From positions 129,730 through 193,729 of the forward strand of contig CAWAZD010000014.1 of NCBI GenBank assembly GCA_963786395.1: a stretch of DNA of 64,000 nucleotides, read 5' to 3'. The notes beneath the pieces were generated by a model. It was not told where the DNA came from. It worked only from the letters and a program-made list of their open reading frames with translations, and did no database searches. Origin of the DNA: an uncultured Ignavibacteriales bacterium (GTDB taxonomy: Bacteria; Bacteroidota; Ignavibacteria; Ignavibacteriales; Ignavibacteriaceae). This document shows, piece by piece, positions 30,355 through 41,516 of the stretch. Position numbers and translations under genes: made by a program. Each line of letters opens with the position of its first letter. The stretch's first letter is position 1.

Positions 30355-30801
30355 TTATTGCTTTACTTTTTCTCCGGCATTAATCAAGTTCTTAAGACTA
30401 CCAGTAATAAAGGATCCCCATGCATTTGAGCATTTGTCGTAGCATTCAATTTCTGGTACTAAACCCACATGGGTGAAACGGACTTCGGTTTTATCTCCCT
30501 TTTTAGCGATGTCGAAAATAACTTTTGTGCCATTCCATTCTTTTTTGTCTTTAAGAAATTCAAGTGAGCTGTCGGTTATAAGCCAAACAACTTTTTTGCC
30601 GGGAATAAGTTCAGTTATTTTATGTTTGGAATAATGGAAATCTTTGTAACGATATATAAATTCCTCATTGAGTTTGTCGGTGCTGCCTGTAATATCTCCT
30701 GTCCACCAGCCTCGAACATTATTGATGGCATTGAATGCTTCTTCGGGAGATTGGTCTACCAAAATGGTATAGGTTAAATCTTTGGTACTCATTTTCTTCA
30801 T
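30355..30801 (-). CDS. SRPBCC / AHSA1-family protein
   Basis: A length of about 148 aa and the N-terminal pattern ILVDQSPEEAFNAINNVRGWW are typical of this superfamily. Confidence 0.65.
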   Translation of the reverse strand: MKKMSTKDLTYTILVDQSPEEAFNAINNVRGWWTGDITGSTDKLNEEFIYRYKDFHYSKHKITELIPGKKVVWLITDSSLEFLKDKKEWNGTKVIFDIAKKGDKTEVRFTHVGLVPEIECYDKCSNAWGSFITGSLKNLINAGEKVKQ

Positions 30802-30989
30802 CCTTTTTGAATGTGATAAATATTATAAGTTTGAAAAATGAAAATCTGTATTCCACTAATGGAACATTTTGCCATTTATCACAAGGGAAAAATGGATTGA
30901 TGGATTGTTGGATAAGTGGAATAAGGAACAAACCCAGGATCCCCGTTGGATTGATGGATTGATGGATTATTGGAATAAAGAACAAACCA

Positions 30990-32310
30990 GACATCAGTTG
31001 TTTTTCAAACATAATTGATAAGTGTCCTAAAAGCAAAGGCCAGTTTTTAAGTGGCTGAGACCAGTTTTTCTCTAAATCCCTATAAGCCAAAAATAGAGAT
31101 TTTTTCAGAGCCTCATTATGTGGGAAAATGCTTTTGGTTTTAGTAACTTTTCTAAACTGACGGTGAAGAGATTCCACAGCATTAGTTGTGTATATTATTT
31201 TCCTTAACTCTTCCGGATACTTAAAAAATGGCGACAGATTAGACCAATTCGCTCTCCAGGATTTCAAGCCCAGATTATATTTCTTTGACCATGTTTTCTC
31301 TACCTGCTCAAGAGCAAATAAAGCTGCCTCTTCTGTAGGAGCTTTATAAACAGTTTTTAGATCTCGGGCTACAGTTTTTCGATCCTTTAGAACAACATAC
31401 TTCAAAGTGTTTCTGAGTTGGTGGATAATACAAAGTTGTATTTCAGTTTCCGGAAATACGGTCTGGATAGCATCTGGAAAACCTTTTAATCCATCGATAC
31501 ATGCAATTAAAATTTGCTTGATGCCGCGGTTTCTTAGTTCGGTTAAAACTGTAAGCCAAAATGTTGATCCCTCAGCCTCTCCGATCCATAAACCCAATAG
31601 TTCCTTATACCCATGTAAATCAACGCCAAGGCATGTATAAGCTGCTTTAGAGGTCACCCTCCTAGTTGTCTCATCCCTTACTTTAAAGTGGACTGCATCC
31701 AAATAAACTACCGTGTAGACTGGCTCTAAAGGACGGTTCTGCCATTCAGTTGCCATTACGGTTATCTGATCAGTTATGCGGGATATTAATGAAGCTGATG
31801 TGTTTATTCCGTAGATATCTTCCAAATGGGATTCAATATCCCGGGTAGTCATACCCTTGGCATACATGGAAATAATTTTATCTTCAAGCTCTCCTAACCT
31901 ACGTTCATGTTTCTTTACAACAACAGGTTCAAAGGCTCCCTTGCGGTCACGAGGTGTATCTACTTGGATCTCCCCCTGGTCTGTCATAATGTATTTGCTG
32001 GTTTTACCATTCCTGCTATTACCAGAATTATTTCCTGAGGGGTCATGTTTCTGATACCCAAGATGTTCATTCATCTCTGTTTCAAGCATTAACTCAAGAG
32101 ATGCTTTAATGATTTTCTTGATTGCTCCGTTCTGTCCCATGAGGTCTTTATAGGATTTTGCTTTACTCAAATCCTTCTTTAACTGTTCAAAAACCTCGTC
32201 ATCTAAGTCCATAATAAATACTCCTGTTGTAAATGTAAGTTAATAAATAAATCAAGGTTAATAGCCATCTGATTTTTTACCATTTACACAGAATTATATA
32301 CACTCCCTCA
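30990..32310 (-). mobile_element. IS256-family insertion sequence (ends not defined)
   Basis: Transposase as above. I could not identify convincing terminal inverted repeats or a target duplication, so the boundaries are approximate. Confidence 0.45.
30994..32212 (-). CDS. IS256-family (mutator-type) transposase; the stop codon is bypassed by a 1-nt run expansion
   Basis: Family blocks YAKGMTTRDI, VYLDAVHFKVRD, ACIDGLKGF, IQLCIIHQLRN and TTNAVESLHRQFRKVTK. The ORF-track version reads on to 30719 through repeats and into the SRPBCC gene. Removing one T from the T5 run 31001..31005 gives ...IMFENN-TGA at 30994. Confidence 0.8.
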
Positions 32311-32330
32311 GCTGATCATTTTGTCGTATG

Positions 32331-32452
32331 TCTGAAGTACCATTGCCGTACCAAAGCCGTATGTTTGAAGTACCGTTGCCGTACCTTTGAAGTACAATCG
32401 CCGTACCCCTGAAGTACTAAAGAAGTATTAAGGCGGTTTTAAGGAAGTACCC
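32331..32452 (+). repeat. Phased tandem repeat with core TGAAGTAC(N5-6)GCCGTACC
   Basis: TGAAGTAC occurs at 32333, 32366, 32388 and 32410 (spacing 33, 22, 22), plus degenerate copies at 32422 and 32443. GCCGTACC occurs at 32345, 32378 and 32400. Confidence 0.7.
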
Positions 32453-32494
32453 CGGAAAAAGAAAAAGTTAAAAGTAAAAATGAAAAAGTAAAAA

Positions 32495-32601
32495 GGAATT
32501 GTAAGGGGATGAATCCCCTGGAATCGCAATAATTTTTCCAATAATCCCAGGCATAAATGCCTGGGCTACTAAACCATAAAACAACAATTAAATTAGCCCA
32601 G
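32495..32601 (+). repeat. Composite repeat block (modules C, A, truncated B); right copy of the roughly 105-bp direct repeat
   Basis: See 30207..30324. Confidence 0.75.
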
Positions 32602-32648
32602 TCTTATTCCATCAATCCATTACTCCAACAATCCATTACTCCAGTTTT

Positions 32649-35627
32649 TCATTTGCCCGGTTTCAGGATTATTCCCTTATTCTGGTGTCCGTTTATTCTT
32701 ACATTTATTGGCTGGTTAAACCTGATATGTTTTGTGAAATTTAACACTTTCACAGCCGGCATTGCGTTTAACCAATCCCAATTAATAAACCCAAGATGTT
32801 CATATTCGTTTACTGTAAAGTATCCTACTTTAAATGAAGTAATATTCTGAAAGAAATGACTACCCTGAGAGGGTGTAACATTAAAATCCTTAAATCCGGA
32901 TTCAACTATTACACTCGCACCCGATATCTGGTCCCATGTAACGGGTATCCCCAGCCAATGATCTAAACTTCCCCAACGCCCTACACCAATAAGTATATAT
33001 GGTCTTTTCTGTTCCAACAATTCCGAATTAAGTTTGCTTACTTCCATAGCAACATCGCGGCTCTTCCCGCGGTCAAAAGTCTGTATGTCTACCATTACAA
33101 TATCATAAATATCGGTGATCGCTCCGTTGCCCAGTACCTGCGTACTTTGACAAATGAGATCTTCTTTTTCAAAATTATCTACTTCAAGCTCTTCTATTTC
33201 ACGGCTTATTACCAGAGGACGCATCTGCAGCATTGCGAATTCCTTAGGCTTGCCCGGCTGGACTTTCATATTTACCGCGAATTCAATTTCTACAGATACC
33301 CCCATCCCCCATGAACCCAACTCAAGTAGGACATCAAGAATTTCCGCGAGAGGAAATAAATTGTGCTTTAATATCGGAGCGAATGTAACTACGCGGTTCC
33401 CCTTTCTTGAAGTACCGTCATATACGGAATCATTTTCAGCCGAATAAGTTGACCCCACATAATTTAATGTCTGGTCCTTTTCTGAAACTATAAGTTCGTA
33501 CTTTACAACCAGTTCTTCAGGGTTATCATCAGATGTATGTTTCAATCTACCATTTAAATTCAACGCATAGAAAAACTGCTGCGCATTTTTAATTGTCTCT
33601 TTTGTTGAAAAGAATTGCAGCAAATGCTTCGGGTATTTTGGACAGAACCGAACACAGTTGCCTCCGTCTACAACTGTCTTTCCTAATCCTAATGCCGCAA
33701 GTGCAATACCGTCTGTTGATTTCTGCGGAGGCACCGGGTAAAAATTAAATGATTTTGCAACGCCCGAAAAATCAGGGTAAAATCTTTCATCATGCGGTGC
33801 GCCTACAAGGCGCTGGATTATAACTCCCATCTTTTCTTCTTCAAGCCGGTATGCGGTCATTTTCATGTAATCCTTAGCCGACTTAAAAAAAGTAGACGCG
33901 TAAACGCACCTGATGCATTCTAATAATTCCTGCAGCCGTATTTCAATTTCGCTGTTGTTATTGGGCAGCATGTATGTTTCATATACACCGGCAAACGGCT
34001 GGAATTGTGAGTCCTCTAATAAACTGGATGATCTTACTGCAAGAGGTTCTTTTATTATCTCAAGAAAATCCCGGAGCTTTTTCAATATATCTAAGGGGAA
34101 ATACTGTGCCTCAAGGAATTTTTTAATTATTAATTTGTCATCAGTTTCATTTAACGCAAAATTTTCCAGATGATTTACTTCAAGGAAATGGTCATATACA
34201 TCTGTTGCTATTACAACAGCCGAGGGTACTGTTATAGCGACATCGTCAAACATATCCCTTATGTTATAATCATTTATTAACTTATTAATAAATCCAAGAC
34301 CCCGTGCCTTGCCGCCTAATGAACCGCCACCTATGCGCGCAAAACTGTTATTGGCGTCAAATATTTCCTTGTTAAAATCAGTAATTACACCTTGCTGTCT
34401 TATCTGCTGATAAATTTTAAGTGAATCGATCAGCTCTTTCCTTAACTCCGAAATGGATTTAAAATCTGATACTTTTCGAGGTCTTAGTCTATAAGCTAAC
34501 CAGAATTCCGTTCTTGCCTTTAGCCAGTTAGAAAAATGATTCCTTTCTGAATGATAAAAAATACTTTCATCCGGTACTATGTGAAGCTGTTCTTCTAATG
34601 ATTTTAAATTGTTTGCCCTGCCAACAATCTGACCCTGCATATTATAAAAAACAAAATCACCGAATCCGAAACGGTCTAAAATAAATTCCCGCAGCTCATG
34701 CAGCAAGCGGGGTGAGTTTTTCTGTATGAATGATGCCCCTATGTCATGAGCGGCTTTTTCATATTCGGTTGTGCTTGACTGCAGCAGTATAGGGATATCC
34801 TTATGTTCTTTTTTAACAGCAAGCGCAAATTTCAATCCGGCTTCAGGATCTCTCTCACCGCCTTTCTTAAAATTATTATCTGTAATTATTCCAAGTATTG
34901 AATCCTGATATTTTTCATAATAACTCCACGCTTCTTCATATGTGGTGCACAAAAGTATTTTTGGTCGTGCACGCATACGCAAAAATTTATGCGTGATATT
35001 TACACCCTCGGATAATAATCTCTGCGACTGTTTAAATATCTCCGTGTAAATAATCGGCAGATAGGACGAATAAAATTTAATGTTATCTTCTACAAGAATA
35101 ATTGCCTGGACACCGACTTTTAATATGTCGTTCTCCGCGTTCATTTTGTCTTCGGCATATTTCGTAATTGCAATAAGTAACCGGTAGTCGCCCTGCCAGA
35201 TAAATACTTTGTCAAAAATGGAAGTGTCGTAAAAACTTTGTAATTCCTTTCTTTCCTTGTTATCGTAGGCGAGCAGAATTATCGGTGTGTTGATCCCTTT
35301 CTCTTTAATTTTATTAGCAAACTTAACCACATGCATATCTTCAATATGCAAAGTTGTTATTATCAGGTCAAACGGAACATCATCAAAAAGTTCAAGAGCT
35401 TCTTCTCCCATTGTTACATGAGTAATTTCCGGTGCCTGGCTTAAATTTAAAGCCTGGTATTCTTCACGTATCAGCTCGTATAATCTTCCATCCTCTTCAA
35501 AAAGATAGTTGTCGTATAAACTTGATACAAGCAGAATTTCCCTTATCTTATGCCGCATAAGTTTCTGGAAATTATTATACTTGTTTACTACTGCACTTTC
35601 AATTTTGAGCTGGCTGAGTTTATCCAT
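32649..35627 (-). CDS. Receiver-domain / PPDK_N ATP-grasp protein, paralog 2
   Basis: Collinear with 3251..6256 over its full length, roughly two-thirds identical by eye. It has the same motifs (ILLVSSLYD, ILVEDN, GGGSLGGKARGLGF, LAVRSSSLLEDS, GVGRWGSLD, PSQGSHFFQNITSF). Confidence 0.75.
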   Translation of the reverse strand: MDKLSQLKIESAVVNKYNNFQKLMRHKIREILLVSSLYDNYLFEEDGRLYELIREEYQALNLSQAPEITHVTMGEEALELFDDVPFDLIITTLHIEDMHVVKFANKIKEKGINTPIILLAYDNKERKELQSFYDTSIFDKVFIWQGDYRLLIAITKYAEDKMNAENDILKVGVQAIILVEDNIKFYSSYLPIIYTEIFKQSQRLLSEGVNITHKFLRMRARPKILLCTTYEEAWSYYEKYQDSILGIITDNNFKKGGERDPEAGLKFALAVKKEHKDIPILLQSSTTEYEKAAHDIGASFIQKNSPRLLHELREFILDRFGFGDFVFYNMQGQIVGRANNLKSLEEQLHIVPDESIFYHSERNHFSNWLKARTEFWLAYRLRPRKVSDFKSISELRKELIDSLKIYQQIRQQGVITDFNKEIFDANNSFARIGGGSLGGKARGLGFINKLINDYNIRDMFDDVAITVPSAVVIATDVYDHFLEVNHLENFALNETDDKLIIKKFLEAQYFPLDILKKLRDFLEIIKEPLAVRSSSLLEDSQFQPFAGVYETYMLPNNNSEIEIRLQELLECIRCVYASTFFKSAKDYMKMTAYRLEEEKMGVIIQRLVGAPHDERFYPDFSGVAKSFNFYPVPPQKSTDGIALAALGLGKTVVDGGNCVRFCPKYPKHLLQFFSTKETIKNAQQFFYALNLNGRLKHTSDDNPEELVVKYELIVSEKDQTLNYVGSTYSAENDSVYDGTSRKGNRVVTFAPILKHNLFPLAEILDVLLELGSWGMGVSVEIEFAVNMKVQPGKPKEFAMLQMRPLVISREIEELEVDNFEKEDLICQSTQVLGNGAITDIYDIVMVDIQTFDRGKSRDVAMEVSKLNSELLEQKRPYILIGVGRWGSLDHWLGIPVTWDQISGASVIVESGFKDFNVTPSQGSHFFQNITSFKVGYFTVNEYEHLGFINWDWLNAMPAVKVLNFTKHIRFNQPINVRINGHQNKGIILKPGK

Positions 35628-35713
35628 GTCTTTTAATAATTCTTTAAGAAGATTAACCTTAACATTCCAAATTTTTCCTTTAAAGTAAAGAACCCCCCTA
35701 TTTGGCTGTTATG

Positions 35714-35732
35714 CCTTAAGGCCTCCTTAAGG
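35714..35732. promoter_or_regulatory. Two CCTTAAGG palindromes 11 bp apart (candidate operator)
   Basis: CCTTAAGGCCTCCTTAAGG lies about 90-105 bp upstream of the paralog 2 start codon. Confidence 0.3.
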
Positions 35733-35785
35733 CCGACTAAAAACATCAAACCGGCGGCAGAGATTACACTTTTGCTAACTCCCGG

Positions 35786-35858
35786 GGCCTGAACTGTTAG
35801 CTAATTACTATGTCCCAAGGCCTGAGCGACTAGGCTTTTGTTAGGCGCCAAGGCCTGA
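35786..35858. promoter_or_regulatory. Three GGCCTGA motifs at exact 33-bp spacing (candidate regulator binding array)
   Basis: GGCCTGA occurs at 35786, 35819 and 35852. The last two sit inside the longer repeat CCAAGGCCTGAG[C/A]GACTA. Confidence 0.3.
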
Positions 35859-36213
35859 GAGACTACACATTTACTGAAGAATCGCATTGAATGTTTAAGA
35901 AATGCTGATTCTTCGCTTCGCTCCTAATGACAAGATCGAGGATCATTATAAAATTAACGAAGTTAGTATCGCTTATAGGTAAATGCCTTCGGCATTTATC
36001 GGGCGGGTCGGGAGACCGCGCCCCTACAAAATTTCTGATTGGATTGTAGGACAACGTTTATCAGCATAGAATTTAATTTGAATAAGTGTGATGTGGATTT
36101 AATGAAGTTTTTATTATTTCCATTATAATTCTTTTTAAGTAAGGGAAGTCATTATTTCCGTTTATTGATTTTATGGTAATGAACAGATTTTATTTATTTA
36201 CAAAGGAAGTTAT

Positions 36214-37074
36214 ATGAAAAAAATACTACTGCTAATTATAGTCACATTTTTTTACTTATCAGACTTGAAGCCGCAATCAGTTCCCAACGGAGGATTTGAA
36301 ACCTGGACTAACGGAAGTCCCAATAGCTGGATTACTTCAAATGCGCCTCCAATAATTATTACCATTTCTCAATCTTCAACGGCTCATTCAGGGTCGTATT
36401 CCGCAAGAGGGGATGTAATAAGTTATTTGGGAAATACGCTGGGCCCGCTAATTCAGTCAGGTTCCACGGGATTAGGAGTTCCAATTTCCCAGAGATATGC
36501 TGTTGCTTCCGGATGGTATCAATTAAACGCCGTTTCGGGCGATCAACTTGAGGCAATAGTCCTCCTGGAAAAATCCCGTTCTATTGTTGCTTCGGGTACA
36601 GCAATGTTACCTGCCGCTTCTACATGGACAGCATTTAATATTAATTTATTTTATATCACGTCGGATATTCCCGACACAGCCGTACTTCAATTTACTTTAA
36701 TCGGAAGCGATAATACACCAACAGTACATGTGGGAACATATTTTCTTCTGGATGATGTTAATCTGTCGGGAATAGCTACTTCAGTTTCTGATCCTGGATT
36801 AGTTCCGGCTCAATTTTCACTCGAACAAAATTATCCCAACCCCTTTAATCCTTCAACCAAAATCAAATTTAGTCTTCCGGAAAAATCATTTGTAAGTCTT
36901 AAACTTTATAATGTAATCGGCAAGGAGGTTGCGGTTATAGCGGAAGGAGAATTCTCAGAAGGAACTCACGAAGTTAATTTTGACGCGTCAAATTTATATT
37001 CCGGTGTTTATTTCTACACACTGAAAGCCGGAACGAATTTCACACAGTCACGAAAGATGATTGTTTTGAAGTGA
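36214..37074 (+). CDS. Secreted protein with a T9SS C-terminal sorting domain
   Basis: Signal peptide. C-terminus LEQNYPNPFNPST ... GVYFYTLKA. Confidence 0.65.
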   Translation: MKKILLLIIVTFFYLSDLKPQSVPNGGFETWTNGSPNSWITSNAPPIIITISQSSTAHSGSYSARGDVISYLGNTLGPLIQSGSTGLGVPISQRYAVASGWYQLNAVSGDQLEAIVLLEKSRSIVASGTAMLPAASTWTAFNINLFYITSDIPDTAVLQFTLIGSDNTPTVHVGTYFLLDDVNLSGIATSVSDPGLVPAQFSLEQNYPNPFNPSTKIKFSLPEKSFVSLKLYNVIGKEVAVIAEGEFSEGTHEVNFDASNLYSGVYFYTLKAGTNFTQSRKMIVLK

Positions 37075-37087
37075 GTGGTTTTATGAA

Positions 37088-37118
37088 AAAGGCAGCTTCT
37101 TTTCAGGAGGCTGCCTTT
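37088..37118. terminator. Bidirectional terminator hairpin
   Basis: The AAAGGCAGC ... GCTGCCTTT stem lies between convergent genes. Confidence 0.6.
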
Positions 37119-37173
37119 AATGAATTGTCATTTTGAATTTATTAAATGCAGATTCTTTTAAATAAATTTAAGA

Positions 37174-38527
<1,354 letters not shown>

Positions 38528-38866
38528 TTAATTTTTATTTTATAAATTCAACTATTAATTATTTAACCCGAGAAGAAAAAAACATTTATGTTGTATCTCC
38601 CTAATTTGTTTGTACTTGCCTTGATATGGAACTGATTCGGAGGGCTGTATGGTTTCTTCTCACTTTAAATATTAATTACAGTATCAAAATTAGGAAGAAT
38701 TTTCCTCAAAACCTTAAGAATTTGTTTTATTTTTAGGTCAATTAATCGCAAAATATTCGGTTTTTCCCCCTAAAATGCTTCGATTTGTCTGACAAATCCA
38801 TGATTCAGCGTCATTTCTGCGAAAAATTACCTTCGTCAGGGTGTGCCTTCAAGGGTGAATAAGATA

Positions 38867-40301
38867 TTATACTATATCCAGCGAGACGGAAAACTTTGTT
38901 TCTTTTTCAGGATGTGATTCAACTTTAATTTCCGCATAATGCCAATCGCAAATTGCTTTAACTACAGATAACCCTAATCCTACTCCTCCAGTCTTTCTGT
39001 TCCGGGAATTTTCTACACGATAGAATCTATCAAATATTCTCGGCATCGAGTCCGGGGGAATCCCCGCCCCTTTTATTAATAATTGTTACCTTAACTTTAT
39101 TGTCATTAAGTATCTCAGATATAATATTTACCGGCTGGTTTTCCTCGCCATATTTAATAGCATTATCAATCAGGTTTGAGAACGCCTGAATCATTAATTC
39201 ATGATCGATAAGAACATAACAATTTGTTTTTGATTCTAATTTAAGTTCTATTTCTTTTTCTTCTCCCAGTATGCGGAAATTCTGTACAAGATGATCAAGA
39301 AAATCATCAAGATTTACTTCAGTCTTTTTCAAACTTATAAGGCTGTGATCAGTTTTTGATATGAAAAAAAGATTATCTACAATCTTTACAAGCCGTAACG
39401 TTTCCTCATAACTGCTCTTAAGCACCTCAATATATTGTTCAGGTGTTTTTTTTGATTTTAATGCTAACTCTGTTTCCCCGCGCAGGATAGTCAGCGGCGT
39501 CTTAAGTTCATGCGCAGCTGAAATTGAAAATTGATTCATATAGTCGATGGATACTTTTATTCTTTGAATCATCTCATTCATTTTTCTTACAAGTCGTCCG
39601 TATTCATCATTAAATTCCCCACCGTCTATTTGTTCATTCAGATTTTGCGCGGTTATTTCCTCTGTTTTCTTTATTATTCCATCTATCCTGGATAATGATT
39701 TCTGAGAAATAAGAGCCCCGCCGATAATTGAAATAATAAGAAATAAAGGAGCAAGAATTTTATATGATTCGGCAACACTGGAAAGCGTTTCAGCTATATG
39801 CTCTTTCGGGAATGCGACAGCGATTTTGTAATTATTATGGTTTAATTGAACTGCTCTGATTGGTTTTGGCGATAATGTTGAATCCTGAAAATCAAAAATA
39901 TTATATTCACCGGTCTTATCGGGAAACGATAACCTGCGTTCGTATAAACTTGCCGACTTGAATATTAATTTCTGATTATAACTTATCTGAATAAAATTAT
40001 TTCGTCTATCGAATGCAACCTCATCAAAAATCACATCCCATACCAGATCCTCAGGTGCCGCGTAAAGTGAATCCGGCATAAACTCGTCAAAATTAACATG
40101 CTTCTCTGATACAATTCTCATAATAGCGGTTGCCTGTTTTGTAAGGGATACATCCAGGTTACTGATTAAAGTATTATATAGCTGGTAATAAATCAATGTA
40201 CCCAGAAGAATTTCAAGCAGGAAAAATATAAGAGAATACCAGATTGTAGTTTTGAATCTGGTAGTATTAACGAAGAGTTTTATTTTTTGCCGCATAATCA
40301 A
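38867..40301 (-). pseudogene. EnvZ-type sensor histidine kinase, C-terminal ATPase lid displaced by a 1-nt insertion
   Basis: H-box SAAHELKTPLT and N-box NLIDNAIKYG are in the 423-aa ORF. The G1/G2 region (DRFYRVENSRNRKTGGVGLGLSVVKAI) continues in another frame down to the TAA at 38867. The extra base is in the T4 run 39071..39074. Confidence 0.8.
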
Positions 40302-40307
40302 ACATGC

Positions 40308-40985
40308 TTATTCATCTTTTATCATGTAGCCCGCGCCTCTTACCGTCTGGATAAGCGGTTTGTCTGAGTCCAGATCGACCTTTGCCCGAAGTTTGTTTAT
40401 ATAAACATCTATTATATTGGTTTCAGTATCGAAATGATAATCATAAACATGTTCAACTAACTTTGTTCTGGAAATTACTCTGTTCTTATTACGCATCAGG
40501 TATTCGAGAATTGAATATTCCTTTGGTGTTAAAATAATTTCCTTTTCATCAATTGTGACTCTATGACTTTGTAAATCAAGTATAAGATCCCCGGCTTTCA
40601 GTGAAGTAGTTTTTATCTGTTCCTTTCTCCTTAATAATGCCCGGATCCTGGCAAGAAGTTCTTCAAATGCAAAGGGCTTTGTTAAATAGTCATCGGCTCC
40701 CGAATCTAATCCTGTTACTTTGTCCTGAATAGTTTCTTTTACTGTTAAAAGTAGAATTGGTGTGAGTATTTCTTTTTTTCTTAATTCCTTCGTAATTGTA
40801 AACCCATCCATATAAGGAAGCATAACATCAAGCACTATTAAATCATATTCTTCTGTTGATGCCAATTCATAGCCCTCTTTGCCGTTAAAAGCTACATCAA
40901 CAGCATAAAATTCTTCTTCCAACCCTTTTTTAATAAAGGTGGCTACTTTCTTTTCATCCTCTATGACTAATATTCTCATTTCCAT
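40308..40985 (-). CDS. OmpR-family response regulator
   Basis: ILVIEDE, DLIVLDVMLP and a winged-helix C-terminus ending TVRGAGYMI. Confidence 0.9.
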   Translation of the reverse strand: MEMRILVIEDEKKVATFIKKGLEEEFYAVDVAFNGKEGYELASTEEYDLIVLDVMLPYMDGFTITKELRKKEILTPILLLTVKETIQDKVTGLDSGADDYLTKPFAFEELLARIRALLRRKEQIKTTSLKAGDLILDLQSHRVTIDEKEIILTPKEYSILEYLMRNKNRVISRTKLVEHVYDYHFDTETNIIDVYINKLRAKVDLDSDKPLIQTVRGAGYMIKDE

Positions 40986-41001
40986 AATTTAATAAAAAAA
41001 A

Positions 41002-41024
41002 AGGAGAGTTTGTTAAACTCTCCT
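41002..41024 (-). terminator. Rho-independent terminator
   Basis: A 10-bp stem AGGAGAGTTT / AAACTCTCCT is followed on the minus strand by a U-run (A-run 40993..41001 on plus). Confidence 0.7.
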
Positions 41025-41049
41025 ATGTAAGTTAAATCTATATTATTTA

Positions 41050-41340
41050 TTATTTTGTGGGCGCAGCATCATCTGTTTTAGGTGTTTTTACTTTCTTGCT
41101 TACCGTTTTACTTGTCTTTAAATTAGGCTTTACCATTTTTTTTGTTTTTGGCGCTGCCATAGTCTTATCTGTATTCTCGGTTTTTTTCATCTTCATATTC
41201 TTATCTATCTTGGAAGCTTTCTTATCTGTAGTCTGAACTTTTTTATCCACAGTTTTTGTGTCGGTTTGAGCAAAAGTGTTAAACGAAACACTTAAAATGA
41301 ATGCGGCTAAAACAGCGGCAGCTAAAACACGTATTTTCAT
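41050..41340 (-). CDS. Small secreted lysine-rich low-complexity protein
   Basis: A signal peptide (AAVLAAFILSVSFNTFAQ) is followed by K/T/D-rich repeats. Confidence 0.5.
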   Translation of the reverse strand: MKIRVLAAAVLAAFILSVSFNTFAQTDTKTVDKKVQTTDKKASKIDKNMKMKKTENTDKTMAAPKTKKMVKPNLKTSKTVSKKVKTPKTDDAAPTK

Positions 41341-41516
41341 TATTTTTTCCTTTCCAATTTTTGTTAATTAATGTTTAATTCATACATGTAGAACTTAGTC
41401 TCAATAGATTAAACAACCCTTAATTTCCGATTAAGAAATTTTAATAGTTTGATATCCCTCAACCTTTTTTCATATACCAATAACTACTTTTAATTAAACA
41501 AAACGAGTGAGGCATT

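Noticed and set aside
32331-32452. Tandem arrays (also 8475..8554 and 35786..35858) as CRISPR arrays
   Set aside because: The periods are 21-33 bp with no alternating unique spacers of CRISPR length. There are only 3-4 degenerate units, and no cas genes are in the window.
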